In this document: one piece after another, positions 1-10,413 of the stretch
Numbering within the stretch: the stretch's first letter is position 1
How the letters are laid out: the number at the start of each line of letters is the position of its first letter
Sequence record: OV032902.1
Length of the DNA: 64,000 nt
Reading direction: 5' to 3' (one strand)
The notes under the pieces: generated by a model
Told to the model about the DNA's origin: nothing
Databases searched by the model: none
Seen by the model: only the letters and a program-made list of their open reading frames with translations
Program-made: the position numbers and the translations under genes

Positions 1-2
1 AC

Positions 3-650
3 GTACTTGATTGTGTGGATAACATTGATGCGCACATTGCATCCCTAGAAGAATACCTGGACGAAACGGTAATCCGTAAACTTCGTGTTGGTATGATTCC
101 AGCTGAAACGATTTGGGACTTGTTCCGATATGTTCTAGTGAACTATCAAGACATGGTACTGAATTCTAATCCGGCTAACATTCTAGGTAAAGAGCTTCGT
201 ATCATCGAGCCAATCGTACAAGATACAATCATCATGATAAACCGATTGATGTTTGCTATTCGTGGATTGGACCCTGCGAAGTTCCGTAAAGATACCATTG
301 AAGAATTATTCAATCGTGGCTTTACGCAAAACATGGTAATTCGCTTGGCTAGCGATCATCCAGAAATTAGTCTTGTAGATTGTGCTAACGATCAGAAGAC
401 ATTTAAAATCAGTAGTCTTGTTCATCGCCCAAGTAAGAACAATGGCTCAGCATCGGCAAGCGATATGCGTAACCCGATGTATTGGTTGGACCCTAACATG
501 CTAGATGCATTTAGTCGCCGTATGGTTACTAAGTCTTCACCTACGGCTTCAAACAGAATCCGTCCAGCAATTAAGTTAGGACCAAACAATGAAGTACTTC
601 CGGACCCAGATATGGAACGTTTCCGCGAAGAGTTCGCAAGGCTAAAATAA
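3..650 (+). CDS. Non-virion RNA polymerase beta subunit, phiKZ gp123-like, 5'-truncated (C-terminal part only)
   Basis: Frame is open upstream of the track's GTG at 15 (VLDC-VDNIDAH). Motifs HIASLEEYLD, FKISSLV and KSSPTASNRIRPAIKL..NNEV..DP match my recall of the gp123-family C-terminus; synteny with RuvC and portal fits. Confidence 0.75.
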   Translation, partial: VLDCVDNIDAHIASLEEYLDETVIRKLRVGMIPAETIWDLFRYVLVNYQDMVLNSNPANILGKELRIIEPIVQDTIIMINRLMFAIRGLDPAKFRKDTIEELFNRGFTQNMVIRLASDHPEISLVDCANDQKTFKISSLVHRPSKNNGSASASDMRNPMYWLDPNMLDAFSRRMVTKSSPTASNRIRPAIKLGPNNEVLPDPDMERFREEFARLK

Positions 651-659
651 GGAGAAGTC

Positions 660-3419
660 ATGCGCCCAGCAGACTTTATCGGTTATCAAGCCCACGGCAA
701 ATACAAACCAGGCAAAGTCATTATGCAGCCCGGAGGCTGGAAGAACGGTTACAAACAACCAGACATTCCAGTCAATACCGGACATAATGTCTTAAACAAC
801 GACGAACTCAGTAAGAATCTGCTAGATGCAATTCGCTGGGGTGTCGATCAATTCTACCGCCACATGGATTCTATTCATGGTGTCTCTGTTATGACCAAGT
901 ATTACGAAGTCATGATAGATGGCCAAGGCGGTCCCTTGTACAACGACCATTATAGCGAACGCATCATTGTACCTGTTTATGAAACCGTAATTAACATGGT
1001 TGTTAAGAACGCGACTACAGGTAACTTCTCAATGATACAGCAAGCAGGCATTTATGCCAAAGAGCTGTGTTGGGATTGGATGTGTCGGTTCTGGTATGAA
1101 GACCCTGCCCGTGAAGCAGTTGACGAAGAATGGAGTGTAGACTACATTACTCGCGCAGCTCGTGTGCAGAAGGATTACATCGATCTCAAGAATGAGATTG
1201 GTTCTGGTATCCCTATCATATCGAACGAATCAAAAGTTTATGATTTCTATATTACCAATAAGAATAAGAGCCTTTCTAAGGCTACGACCATGACAGATAT
1301 TCTTAATGGTAAAGGTCCACAAGGAGTTGTACCAATGCCTGATGATGGAAAGGTACGCGACTATGAGGATTACTCTGGTCACTACCCTGATGTCGCTAGA
1401 CGCCTAGAGAACGATGCTCGCATGGAGCAACGTAAACTAGAATCACAAGCCCGTGGTAAGACTATTGCAGCTGCACTAGCCGCATCAACTAAAGTGCATT
1501 CAGACGATGCACCGATGCCTGTTAAGTTCAACATGCAAGAAGCCGAGCCAATCAAAATCACCCCAACTATAATCGATACTCAAGAAGACGAAGAGGAACC
1601 AACCATGATGTACACTCAACAAGCAGCACCTGCACAGCAACAAAACGTAATGCTAGTTAACCACCTTAACCAGCCTATTACGACTATGCAAGGTCAAACG
1701 CTTAATGTTCCTGCACACATCTACCAATACGGTGGTGCTGTAATGCAGCGCTGTAACGCACAAGGTCAGCCGTACTTTGACCAACAGGGTTTACCAATCG
1801 TAGTTCTTCGTGATCCACAAGGTAACGAACAATTCATCGAACTAGCTCCTGGTCAAACTGCTATCTATCAGCAAATCGTTCAAAGTGAACAGCAAGCACA
1901 ACCACAAGTAGGTGCAGCTAATGGAATGATTCCTCAGACAGCACAACAGACAGCAGCTCCTCAAGCACAAGTTGCTCCGGCTGCAAATACTGGCGGTGCA
2001 GTTAACCCTGATGCATTCCCTGGTGCAGAACTACTAGGTGTTGAAATCGACAACACTCCTAAGAACCCTAAGACTAATGCAGCGATTGATTCTCTAGCAT
2101 CAGTTGGTGTTCATGTAGCTAATCCAGACACTACTTATGCACCAGCGGCGGGTGAAGGTCTGATTCCTAGCACTGCTAACCAAGAGTCAACTCCTGCACA
2201 AGGTGACCAAGCTGACGAGCTAGAAGCACATCGCTTCTTTGTAGAAATCGAAGGCAAGCAATATCATGCGGCATTACTAGAAGACGAAGATTACGTATCT
2301 AAGTCTATGCAGCGTGCGTTTGTTCTAATCAATAATAAAACTCATGCGCGTGCCGTTGCTTATGTTGACGACAAAGCTATTGAGTTTATCGTGGAGCGTG
2401 AAACATTTATGAATCGCGAGAAACACCTGGGTTACGTTCTTAACTCAGACAAAGGCGAGTACACCGCAGAAGAAGTTCCATTTAAGACAGCTGAAAATAC
2501 TATGGCGGTTCTACCTGACCAAGTACCAGCTGAACTAACTGAGAACATCATCGTTGGTGGTGATCGTCGTGGCGTTATTACCGAAGCTGCTATTCTACAA
2601 CAAGCAGCAGGTAATGTTCTTCAAGTAAACCAGTTCGAACTAAACGAGCTACAGCCTATCATCAATGTTTCAGATGAAGTATGGGATATGTGGGGAAGTG
2701 ACGAGCACGAAGATAAGTTCCAGCTTCTAATGGCAACTTACAACCAAGCAGTTAGCTCTGGTGACTTTGCGTTTGCACATTACCTAGTAGCAGTTGGTAA
2801 CATGTGGATTACGGATGTTATTTACAACCGTATCGGTGTTCCTCGTAACTCTGATGAGCAAATCGAAATCTTCAAAGACTTGAATGATTACTTTGCATAT
2901 CTGAATGGCGAAGGTAAGTGGGACGAAGTTCTTCAAGAGCTTGACAACGACTGGGATGTGTTCTTTAACATTGACTACGAAAACATTAACGTAGGCAACG
3001 AAGAAGACGAGTACGTTGAAGAAGAACAAGAAGAGCCTAAAGCCCCTCTAATGTCTGACGACGAAGTTGCAGAGGCAATAGCTAAAGATGTTGCTGAAAC
3101 CAATGCGGTTGAAGAAGAAGAGGAAGAAGATCCTAAACCAGGTCTACCATCTTCTGTTGCAGTTACGCACATGATCTCTGGTAACATTGTCTTTATCCCT
3201 GAGCTAGTATTCGAAGGCGAATCGGTTCTATCTAATGGTGTAATTGATCCAACTACAAGCCTACAGCTTTGGTCGGTTCTTAAAGCAGCATTCGATAAGA
3301 TTGTCTGGGGTGCGAACAAAATGAACTACGTCTACGTAACTAATGCGAAAGGCGAGCTAATGTTGTTCGGTTCTAACGATCGTGAATTCGGTTACATCCG
3401 TCTAATCGCTAAGCTATAA
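660..3419 (+). CDS. Large hypothetical protein (919 aa) with central Q/A/P-rich low-complexity region and acidic patch
   Basis: Long ORF, GGAG RBS overlapping the upstream stop, followed by a hairpin terminator; no family recognised. Confidence 0.85.
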   Translation: MRPADFIGYQAHGKYKPGKVIMQPGGWKNGYKQPDIPVNTGHNVLNNDELSKNLLDAIRWGVDQFYRHMDSIHGVSVMTKYYEVMIDGQGGPLYNDHYSERIIVPVYETVINMVVKNATTGNFSMIQQAGIYAKELCWDWMCRFWYEDPAREAVDEEWSVDYITRAARVQKDYIDLKNEIGSGIPIISNESKVYDFYITNKNKSLSKATTMTDILNGKGPQGVVPMPDDGKVRDYEDYSGHYPDVARRLENDARMEQRKLESQARGKTIAAALAASTKVHSDDAPMPVKFNMQEAEPIKITPTIIDTQEDEEEPTMMYTQQAAPAQQQNVMLVNHLNQPITTMQGQTLNVPAHIYQYGGAVMQRCNAQGQPYFDQQGLPIVVLRDPQGNEQFIELAPGQTAIYQQIVQSEQQAQPQVGAANGMIPQTAQQTAAPQAQVAPAANTGGAVNPDAFPGAELLGVEIDNTPKNPKTNAAIDSLASVGVHVANPDTTYAPAAGEGLIPSTANQESTPAQGDQADELEAHRFFVEIEGKQYHAALLEDEDYVSKSMQRAFVLINNKTHARAVAYVDDKAIEFIVERETFMNREKHLGYVLNSDKGEYTAEEVPFKTAENTMAVLPDQVPAELTENIIVGGDRRGVITEAAILQQAAGNVLQVNQFELNELQPIINVSDEVWDMWGSDEHEDKFQLLMATYNQAVSSGDFAFAHYLVAVGNMWITDVIYNRIGVPRNSDEQIEIFKDLNDYFAYLNGEGKWDEVLQELDNDWDVFFNIDYENINVGNEEDEYVEEEQEEPKAPLMSDDEVAEAIAKDVAETNAVEEEEEEDPKPGLPSSVAVTHMISGNIVFIPELVFEGESVLSNGVIDPTTSLQLWSVLKAAFDKIVWGANKMNYVYVTNAKGELMLFGSNDREFGYIRLIAKL

Positions 3420-3425
3420 AAGCAT

Positions 3426-3451
3426 CTCCTCCTGCCCTGGGGCAGGAGGAG
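3426..3451. terminator. Terminator hairpin between convergent genes
   Basis: CTCCTCCTGCC-CTGG-GGCAGGAGGAG perfect stem between stops at 3419 (+) and 3467 (-); T-rich tract follows on +. Confidence 0.8.
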
Positions 3452-3466
3452 TATACTTATTTCCTT

Positions 3467-3817
3467 TTATTTTTTCTTTAGAGCTTCAGCTTCAATCTTT
3501 GCAATCTTGCGCTTTTGGAAGAACAAGACTGTATCACCAAGAAATCTGCTAAGTAGCACGATACCAGAGACTACACCGACGCCAATCGATACAATGTCCG
3601 AAACCATTATACCGTCAATAAAGAACTTACCGTCTAGTTGTGTCAATGTACCTGAATCTACCAGGCCTCCAAAAAGATCGTACCATAGAGAATCCTGGGG
3701 AATAGTAGCAGGGGCTAGAAGCTCCTCAGCAACCTTATCACCAGTTGTCGCCGTAGCACTGTATGCAAGACCTGCGCTACCTGCTGTGTAGCTCATTACT
3801 GCCCGTGTGGTACTCAT
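3467..3817 (-). CDS. Small hypothetical protein, probably virion-associated, with a C-terminal hydrophobic helix
   Basis: 116-aa ORF between two terminators in the core structural block; hydrophobic segment IVSIGVGVVSGIVLL. Confidence 0.65.
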   Translation of the reverse strand: MSTTRAVMSYTAGSAGLAYSATATTGDKVAEELLAPATIPQDSLWYDLFGGLVDSGTLTQLDGKFFIDGIMVSDIVSIGVGVVSGIVLLSRFLGDTVLFFQKRKIAKIEAEALKKK

Positions 3818-3889
3818 GGTTTTACCCTTATAAAAGTTCTATGGAGATGGGGTTAAAAACCCACATATGATTAAACAGTAATAAGACAA

Positions 3890-3915
3890 ATGTTTCTCCC
3901 CGGAGGGAGAAACAT
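3890..3915 (-). terminator. Rho-independent terminator of the RuvC operon
   Basis: ATGTTTCTCCC-CGGA-GGGAGAAACAT perfect stem just past the RuvC stop, followed by a T-rich tract on the minus strand. Confidence 0.75.
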
Positions 3916-3916
3916 C

Positions 3917-4483
3917 TTAATCAAGTCTTTTGATGATCTGATCTAACCAATACAATCCCACACAAGTAGCATCAATACTGTGCTCGTCTAAATCATCTAT
4001 TTTGATATCACCCATGTCTACGTCAACGCGTTTCTTAAGACCTTTAGTCATAAGAGTCTTGTCGCTTCCTTTAGCACCCATAAATTTCTTTACAGGAGTA
4101 GGTTCAATAAACATGAACGGCATGGTCCAGTCATAGATATAACCAGCTTTACGCAAAACCATACATTGCTCTTTAAGTGCCCCGAATGCCGCAGCAAAGC
4201 GTCCCATATAAGGAGCTTCAGAACCAACCATGTAAGGTTCGACTCTTTTACAAAGTTCTACGAGATGAGACTCATAGCCTTTTAGCTTGGCGTACTTGTC
4301 ACCATGGATTTGAGCAAACAATTTGTTCTGGGTTATGAACTGATTACCCTTGACTGTATACGCAGTCAATACTGATATCTTCTTAGTTTCTAAGTTTAAA
4401 GACAATACAGAGAATCCACAGGTGTTAGTACCAGGGTCTATAGCGATGATGCGTAATTCATCATCGCCATAACCTTTTCGCAT
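3917..4483 (-). CDS. ruvC: RuvC-like Holliday junction resolvase
   Basis: IIAIDPGTNTCGFS, VGSEAPY and DEHSIDATCVG supply the RNase H-fold acidic residues; its ATG overlaps the upstream TAA. Confidence 0.9.
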   Translation of the reverse strand: MRKGYGDDELRIIAIDPGTNTCGFSVLSLNLETKKISVLTAYTVKGNQFITQNKLFAQIHGDKYAKLKGYESHLVELCKRVEPYMVGSEAPYMGRFAAAFGALKEQCMVLRKAGYIYDWTMPFMFIEPTPVKKFMGAKGSDKTLMTKGLKKRVDVDMGDIKIDDLDEHSIDATCVGLYWLDQIIKRLD

Positions 4484-5310
4484 TAGCTCAATAGACCTAG
4501 TGCGTTACCGAGACGTAGTCGTTGACGAATCTCAGTTGTTTGTGATTGTAGTTCACGACGACCACCACCTAGGTAAGCTAGGATTTGTGAGCCGATAGCT
4601 TCTGTGTAAGAAGCAGAGATAGAACCAGCAACTGTGTTAATACCACGGTCGAAAGAAGAAGCAATACCCATTTCAGAGATTACCGCTTTACGACGGTCAC
4701 CATAGATGATATCAACAGCATCAAGGATAGATGCAATTTCAGCAGGAGTAATAAGAATTTCTTGTACGTCAGAAACAGACAAGAAGATATTAGTTGCTGA
4801 GTTGATTTCACCGTCAACCATAGAAACAGGTTGAGGGTTGTACTGTGCGTCACTAGGGACATACGGAGTACGAGATGGTGGGTTAACAGAAGTATCAACG
4901 ATTTCGATGTCGCTGCTTGTGTTAATAGAGTTAAGAACTTTAGCGTAGTACGCAAAGTAATCAACGCCATTGTAGTTAACTAGTTTACGAAGACGATAGT
5001 TACGACGCTCTTCGTCTGTAAGGTCATCATTCACTTCGCGTAGTACGAAAGGAAGATGCTCAAACAAACACGCATTGTTAATGCGATGCTGACGAGTGTT
5101 CGTAATATCGATGCCTTCGTTCTCATGGCCACCGCGTCCGATAACCAAAAGTTTAGGCTCTGGGAATTCATCCTGAGCAAGAGGAGTGTTTTCCTCAATT
5201 TCGAAATAACCATTTAGCGTAGAGAACGCTGCTGGTACATAAGTGTTACCTGGACGGCGTGCAGCTTCTAGCTGGTTTGCCCAGATGGTTTTAACAGTAC
5301 TGTTAGACAT
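4483..5310 (-). CDS. Virion structural protein, phiKZ gp127-like
   Basis: STLN..F.I, LVIGRGGH, LFEHLPFVLRE..DDLT..ER..YRLRK and YFAYYAKVL motifs; conserved position next to RuvC (recalled). Confidence 0.65.
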   Translation of the reverse strand: MSNSTVKTIWANQLEAARRPGNTYVPAAFSTLNGYFEIEENTPLAQDEFPEPKLLVIGRGGHENEGIDITNTRQHRINNACLFEHLPFVLREVNDDLTDEERRNYRLRKLVNYNGVDYFAYYAKVLNSINTSSDIEIVDTSVNPPSRTPYVPSDAQYNPQPVSMVDGEINSATNIFLSVSDVQEILITPAEIASILDAVDIIYGDRRKAVISEMGIASSFDRGINTVAGSISASYTEAIGSQILAYLGGGRRELQSQTTEIRQRLRLGNALGLLS

Positions 5311-5320
5311 GTTCGATTCC

Positions 5321-7396
5321 TTAGTAATCTACATCATCAAAATCGTCAAAAATAACTCCGCCTGGTCCTTGAACATCTAGGTCAATAACCTCACCGGTTG
5401 TTTCCTCTAGATATAAGTCAGACCCGACTTCAATAATCCACTCAAGTTCGGCTTCTTCAAGCCACACATGTGATTCGTTGAGTGAATCTACGGTTTCCTC
5501 GATGGTTATAACCTCTTCCATATTGTGCGTATCGTACATAAGACCAACTGGCCAGAAATGATCTTCGACCCAAGTGGTTAGTTCCACTTCGTAACGCATG
5601 GATGGTATTTCAAGTTCTCTAAATTTAGAGCCCCCTTCACCAACGATATAACGTAAGGTATAACTAGTTAATGTGTCGAAAATGTCAAGCATGTTTTGCT
5701 GCCTTAGCGGCAAACCACTTGATTCAATTTCTTCGCCAGTTATGGCCATTAGCACGTTATCAGCTATAGTACTCCAGTCAGAATCACTGAAGTCATATTT
5801 GTTTATCTGTACGGTACTCAACCAGTCATTGTAGGTAGTACCTGGGAAAGCCAACAAACAAGTCTCGCTTGTCCACAATGCATTTCCTAATTGTTCCATT
5901 TCAGCACGACGCTGCCAACCTTCTTGTGTTTCCCAATGCATCTCTTGCCAAGTATGAATGCCCATGATGTTAACAAGGAGATCATCAAACTCTGCTGGAG
6001 TACGAACGGAAAGATCAACACGATTACCTAAGAACTTATTGATGTCGTCATCTGTGATAACTGGAGAGAAGAAGTTTCTCAGAGCTAAGAAAGATGGGAA
6101 CGTTCTAGGCATAAGCCAGTCAATCGTTATGGTTGGGATTGTAACAGCTCTTTCGCCATAAACAGTATTCAGGGCAAAGAAATACAAAACAACGGCGTCA
6201 CGAAGCTTAAGGACACGCTCACGGCCATTTGGCAATGGTACAGTGATGTCCGGTTCGTATAAACCTAGATGAGCAAGATAGATTGAATAATCCCAACGCT
6301 TTTGGTAGTACTCCATATTTTGCAGTACAGAACCTTCTTGTTGTTCAGCTTCAACAATACCGACAATACGATCATTGATCATTGCGGTCTTACCACGAGT
6401 CTCCATCTCGACGATATCTTTATCGAGATCTTCTTCGTTGTTGATGCCTAGATCAGTCATTCGAGATAGAATGAATCGAACATCTTCTTCGTCATTGTTG
6501 TCAGGGTCAATCGTATCTTCTTTATAGAAGTACGTGTCTTTCTCTAACGTAGACTCGAAGCCAAGTTCATTCTGTCTTACACGCAACGTACTCAGACGCA
6601 TGCCAACTTCACGAATAAGAACATCTTCTAGTTCTTTCATGATGTCGGAACGACCAAGGTTCATCTTAATGCGACGAATGTTAAAATATAGCCACATCGC
6701 TTGGCGATGATTCAAAACGTTACGATACTTATCTAGATTATAGAACCCACCTAAGTAAGTCCAGATATGAAACTGCGATGCTTCAGTTGTGTGCGACTTT
6801 TCTTTCCTTAGGTTCATAATGACCTTAGGAAGATGCTGTGCCAATACCGCGATAAAGGTAGAAGCATAATGTTTGTCAGCAACCAATGCATTCGGGTTCC
6901 AGTTACCCATGACGAAATCATCAATCCATAGCTGTAGATTACGGATAAGGGATAATTCGTTTTCGGCAACGAGTGTTCGGTCCCAATCAAGGATTTGGAA
7001 ATCTCTTGCAGCAGCAACCTGCTGTATAGTGATGTCACGAGTAATCGACTTAATAAGAACACGCTGGTTTGGATAACGCTCTACTAGTTCTTCGTAGTAA
7101 CCTTCTCCGCCTAGTCCGTAATCGGATTTAGTACGAGGGTGATTAAGAAGAACATCCTTAGTGAAGTTGATCTCTTCCTGTGTATCGTTTGAGATAACAG
7201 TCATGATCTGATCATTAGGATGATAGAGTCCAGCCAAGTTAAGGTTGTACTTCCAGCTTGCTGGGTCTTCAGAGATGTTGTGTCCGAGTTCGCGCAGGCG
7301 GGTATTGATTGTTTCGTTGGAGAAACCAAACTTAATAACCAGTGACTTGGCAAGTGCAATGCACTCCTGATTATAAGTTTCAAAGATATCAGCCAT
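5321..7396 (-). CDS. Virion structural protein, phiKZ gp128-like
   Basis: Start moved to ATG 7396 (GGAGG RBS at 7402-7406). N-terminus ECIALAKSLVIK...EDPASWKYNLNLAGLYH...YYEELVERYP matches the recalled family; divergent from the portal as in phiKZ-like phages. Confidence 0.7.
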   Translation of the reverse strand: MADIFETYNQECIALAKSLVIKFGFSNETINTRLRELGHNISEDPASWKYNLNLAGLYHPNDQIMTVISNDTQEEINFTKDVLLNHPRTKSDYGLGGEGYYEELVERYPNQRVLIKSITRDITIQQVAAARDFQILDWDRTLVAENELSLIRNLQLWIDDFVMGNWNPNALVADKHYASTFIAVLAQHLPKVIMNLRKEKSHTTEASQFHIWTYLGGFYNLDKYRNVLNHRQAMWLYFNIRRIKMNLGRSDIMKELEDVLIREVGMRLSTLRVRQNELGFESTLEKDTYFYKEDTIDPDNNDEEDVRFILSRMTDLGINNEEDLDKDIVEMETRGKTAMINDRIVGIVEAEQQEGSVLQNMEYYQKRWDYSIYLAHLGLYEPDITVPLPNGRERVLKLRDAVVLYFFALNTVYGERAVTIPTITIDWLMPRTFPSFLALRNFFSPVITDDDINKFLGNRVDLSVRTPAEFDDLLVNIMGIHTWQEMHWETQEGWQRRAEMEQLGNALWTSETCLLAFPGTTYNDWLSTVQINKYDFSDSDWSTIADNVLMAITGEEIESSGLPLRQQNMLDIFDTLTSYTLRYIVGEGGSKFRELEIPSMRYEVELTTWVEDHFWPVGLMYDTHNMEEVITIEETVDSLNESHVWLEEAELEWIIEVGSDLYLEETTGEVIDLDVQGPGGVIFDDFDDVDY

Positions 7397-7502
7397 ACGG
7401 CCCTCCGATGTATATAAAGCTCTACACAATTTGTTTTCCGGATACTATTGTTTTTAATGGGGTTGGCTAATTTAATAGAATATTTACAAAGGAGAAACCC
7501 CC

Positions 7503-10322
7503 ATGTCTGAAAAGAAAAGACGTGACGATTGGGAGGAAGAGTCTCTTAGTATTCCTGTACCGATGAATTCCATCACTGCTGGATTAAGGCCAGTTGATGA
7601 GGAAGGCAACGTAAAGGATAAGAAAGAAACCTCTGCCAAAGCGAAAACTAATCGCATTAAATCCCTATTGTCAGAGCGAACGGAAAAACTAGCTACAGCA
7701 AAAGGCATCATGGAAGTACATCCAGACCTACGCCTAGCAAAAGAAATCCTGACCGCTCAGATTCTATCGCCAAAAGACCTATCGGACTTTAAGTTCCGCC
7801 TAGGCATTAATAAAACTGTTTTCGATAAGAAGTTTAAACCAACTGCATTGGAAACAGTAATCGCCCAAATCAACAAACATGTCAAGTTCGAAAAGAAAGC
7901 CAACGAATGGTTGGGTGATATTCTATTCGATCATGGCGCAGTTGTTCACTTAGTTCTTCCACCTGCTAAGATTGACCAGATGGTTACAGATGCAGGTTGC
8001 TTGGATTTAGAAAGCTTTGATAAGTCAGGTGCAGACATTCTGTATCCAGACCGTGGTGTACATGTATCTAAAGACCCTGCGTTAACACGCGTAGGTATCG
8101 ACGGCATCCATGATAACTACAAAGCGTTCTATCACCAAGAGATGCGCAAGCACTTAGTGAAAAGCAAAGCTTCTGCGGGTTACGACTTCGAGAGCATGTC
8201 TTTTGATTTCGACCACGCTGCTGCTAAGAACGAAGGCATGGTTTCTATTGACGCACTTAAAGACGAAGACCGCAACTCTAATGCATTGGTTATCCGTCTA
8301 AGTCCAGATATTGTTCTTCCTATCTGCGACCCAAGTGACCCGTCTTTGCATCACGGCTACTACATCCTAGCTGATGAAAACGGTCATCTTTCTAGCTCGT
8401 GTCAAGACACCGGCTTTATGAAAGAACTTCTAGGTCGTCTGAAGAAAGCTCTTCATGACGAATCTTCTCAAGAGTACACGGTTATCAAAGACCTTGGTAT
8501 GATTGAGAAAGACCAAGAAGCTAAGTCTCGTCAAGCAGTAACTGACTTAATGTCTAAATGGGTAGACGAAGTAGAAAAGCCTATTCGTGAGCAGATTGAA
8601 AAGTCTGGTATTATCTCAGGTGACCTAGACCTTAAGAATTACGAAAACTTTTATCGTATCCTTTTGAGTCGTCACTTGAAAAAGAAGAAGACGCGCATCA
8701 TCTATGTTCCTGCTAAGCTAGTAAGCTACATGGCAATGGAATACAATGAAATCGGTCAAGGTGTTTCTCTGTTAGAGCAAACCGCTTATTATTCTTCTGT
8801 TCGTGCCATCGTGCAAATCACTGGCTTGATGAACATGATGCATAACGCTATTCCGACTACTGACCTACAGGTTACGTTGGATGAAGACGACCCAGACCCA
8901 ATGGGCACAATCGAAACCATCATGCATGAGCTATCTAAGATGACAGCTCTGAACTTCCCTATTGGTACAGTTGACCCTTCTGAGATTATTACGTCTCTAC
9001 AAAAGGCAGCTTATCGTCTTAAAGTAGACGGGGGCAAATACTTCCCTAAAACTTCTACTGAGATGACTGACTCTGCCAAAGGACGTAACACTCAGATTAA
9101 TACTGACTTGGATGAAGACCTACGACGCAAACAATACGCAGGCCTAGGTGTAAGTCCAGAAGCCATTGACCAGAGTTTACAGGGTGAGTTCGCAACGCAG
9201 ATAGTTCTGAATGACTTAATGTCTGCTCGTCGCGCTATGGCTAAACAGGCTATCTTTAAAGATGACTTGATTGAGTTCATCACGAAGATTATCGAGTTCT
9301 CTCCTGCAATGCAAAAAGCACTTAAGGACGAGGGCATTAAAGATATCGCTCGTTTCGTTTACGGTATGGAACTCATCATGCCTACTGCTGATACTTCACG
9401 TATCGAACAGCAAGCAGAAGCATGGGAGAAAGTTAGCCGATTTGCCGATGAAGTATTCCCATCAGTTATCTCTGACGACATGCTACGTGGTATTGCTGGT
9501 GTTGACTCTCAATACACTCGTGACATGTTGGACGACATGCGTCAAATCTTTGCTTCGGCTTACAAACGTATGTGGCTTAAAGATAACAACATCCTTCCTG
9601 AAATCTGGGCCATCATTGACCCTGATGATGAAACAGGCATGGGTGCTGAAATCAAAGATCACTACGAGAAAGTATTCAAGTCTGTTGGTCCAATGATTAA
9701 GTCTGTTCTTAAAGGTATCTCTAAGAATGACATCATGGTTGCTAAAGAGCTTGAAGAACTTAAAGCTAATGCTGGTGAAGATGCTGATCAATCTCAATTC
9801 GGTAATCAGCCTGCTCCAGGTATTGCTGCTCCGTTCGGTGCTGATGGTTCTGCATTCGGCGAGGAAGGTGCTGACGACGGTACGGTTTCTGATGACCCAT
9901 TCGCTGGAGATGATGTGGAAGATTCACCACAGCCATTCGAAGGTGACTTAGGTGATGATGAACCAGCGGGTGATGAACCTGTCGAAGGTGAAGAGCCAGT
10001 AGAGGGAGAAGGTGAGGATGATCTTGCTGACGACCCTAATGACCCGTTAGACGATGACCCGTTCGCAGGCGATGAAGCTGCGGAAGGTGCTGAAGATGTA
10101 GACACTGTTGATGAGGACGTTCCAGGTGAAGGTGACGGTACTGACGAAACGCCAGAGGGAGAAGGCGAAGGAGAGGGTGACGAGGAAATCGAAACACCTG
10201 ATGATGTAGGCGTAACAGAAGAGGAGTTAGAAGACAATCCTAACGACCCTCTAGATGACGACCCATTCGCAGGCGATGACGATGACATCATTCCTGTTCC
10301 TGGTTCTGACCAAGGGCAATAA
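7503..10322 (+). CDS. Portal protein, phiKZ gp129-like, with long acidic C-terminal tail
   Basis: PDLRLAKEILTAQILSPKDL, YVPAKLVSYMAMEYNEIGQGVSLLE and VTLDEDDPDP..TIE motifs; AGGAG RBS; synteny. Confidence 0.75.
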   Translation: MSEKKRRDDWEEESLSIPVPMNSITAGLRPVDEEGNVKDKKETSAKAKTNRIKSLLSERTEKLATAKGIMEVHPDLRLAKEILTAQILSPKDLSDFKFRLGINKTVFDKKFKPTALETVIAQINKHVKFEKKANEWLGDILFDHGAVVHLVLPPAKIDQMVTDAGCLDLESFDKSGADILYPDRGVHVSKDPALTRVGIDGIHDNYKAFYHQEMRKHLVKSKASAGYDFESMSFDFDHAAAKNEGMVSIDALKDEDRNSNALVIRLSPDIVLPICDPSDPSLHHGYYILADENGHLSSSCQDTGFMKELLGRLKKALHDESSQEYTVIKDLGMIEKDQEAKSRQAVTDLMSKWVDEVEKPIREQIEKSGIISGDLDLKNYENFYRILLSRHLKKKKTRIIYVPAKLVSYMAMEYNEIGQGVSLLEQTAYYSSVRAIVQITGLMNMMHNAIPTTDLQVTLDEDDPDPMGTIETIMHELSKMTALNFPIGTVDPSEIITSLQKAAYRLKVDGGKYFPKTSTEMTDSAKGRNTQINTDLDEDLRRKQYAGLGVSPEAIDQSLQGEFATQIVLNDLMSARRAMAKQAIFKDDLIEFITKIIEFSPAMQKALKDEGIKDIARFVYGMELIMPTADTSRIEQQAEAWEKVSRFADEVFPSVISDDMLRGIAGVDSQYTRDMLDDMRQIFASAYKRMWLKDNNILPEIWAIIDPDDETGMGAEIKDHYEKVFKSVGPMIKSVLKGISKNDIMVAKELEELKANAGEDADQSQFGNQPAPGIAAPFGADGSAFGEEGADDGTVSDDPFAGDDVEDSPQPFEGDLGDDEPAGDEPVEGEEPVEGEGEDDLADDPNDPLDDDPFAGDEAAEGAEDVDTVDEDVPGEGDGTDETPEGEGEGEGDEEIETPDDVGVTEEELEDNPNDPLDDDPFAGDDDDIIPVPGSDQGQ

Positions 10323-10325
10323 CAA

Positions 10326-10367
10326 ATAAAAAGATTCGGACACAGCAATGTGTCTGAATCTCTTTTT
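10326..10367. terminator. Terminator hairpin after the portal, overlapping an early promoter
   Basis: AAAAAGATTCGGACAC-AGCAAT-GTGTCTGAATCTCTTTTT; A-run before and T-run after. Confidence 0.75.
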
Positions 10368-10387
10368 ATCTCTATATTACCTTATTG
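10355..10387 (+). promoter_or_regulatory. Early (virion RNAP-type) promoter, copy 1
   Basis: TGAATCTC...ATCTCTATATTACCT; TATATTAC is the published phiKZ early promoter core; motif recurs four times in the window. Confidence 0.7.
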
Positions 10388-10413
10388 AGTTTATTCACAT
10401 AAAGGAAATAATC

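Noticed and set aside
2784-3319. Minus-strand ORFs 2784-3029 and 2975-3319
   Set aside because: Shadows of the acidic region of the 919-aa gene.
9806-10348. 180-aa Ser/Pro-rich minus-strand ORF
   Set aside because: Antisense shadow of the acidic portal tail (GAA/GAT codons read backwards); no RBS.
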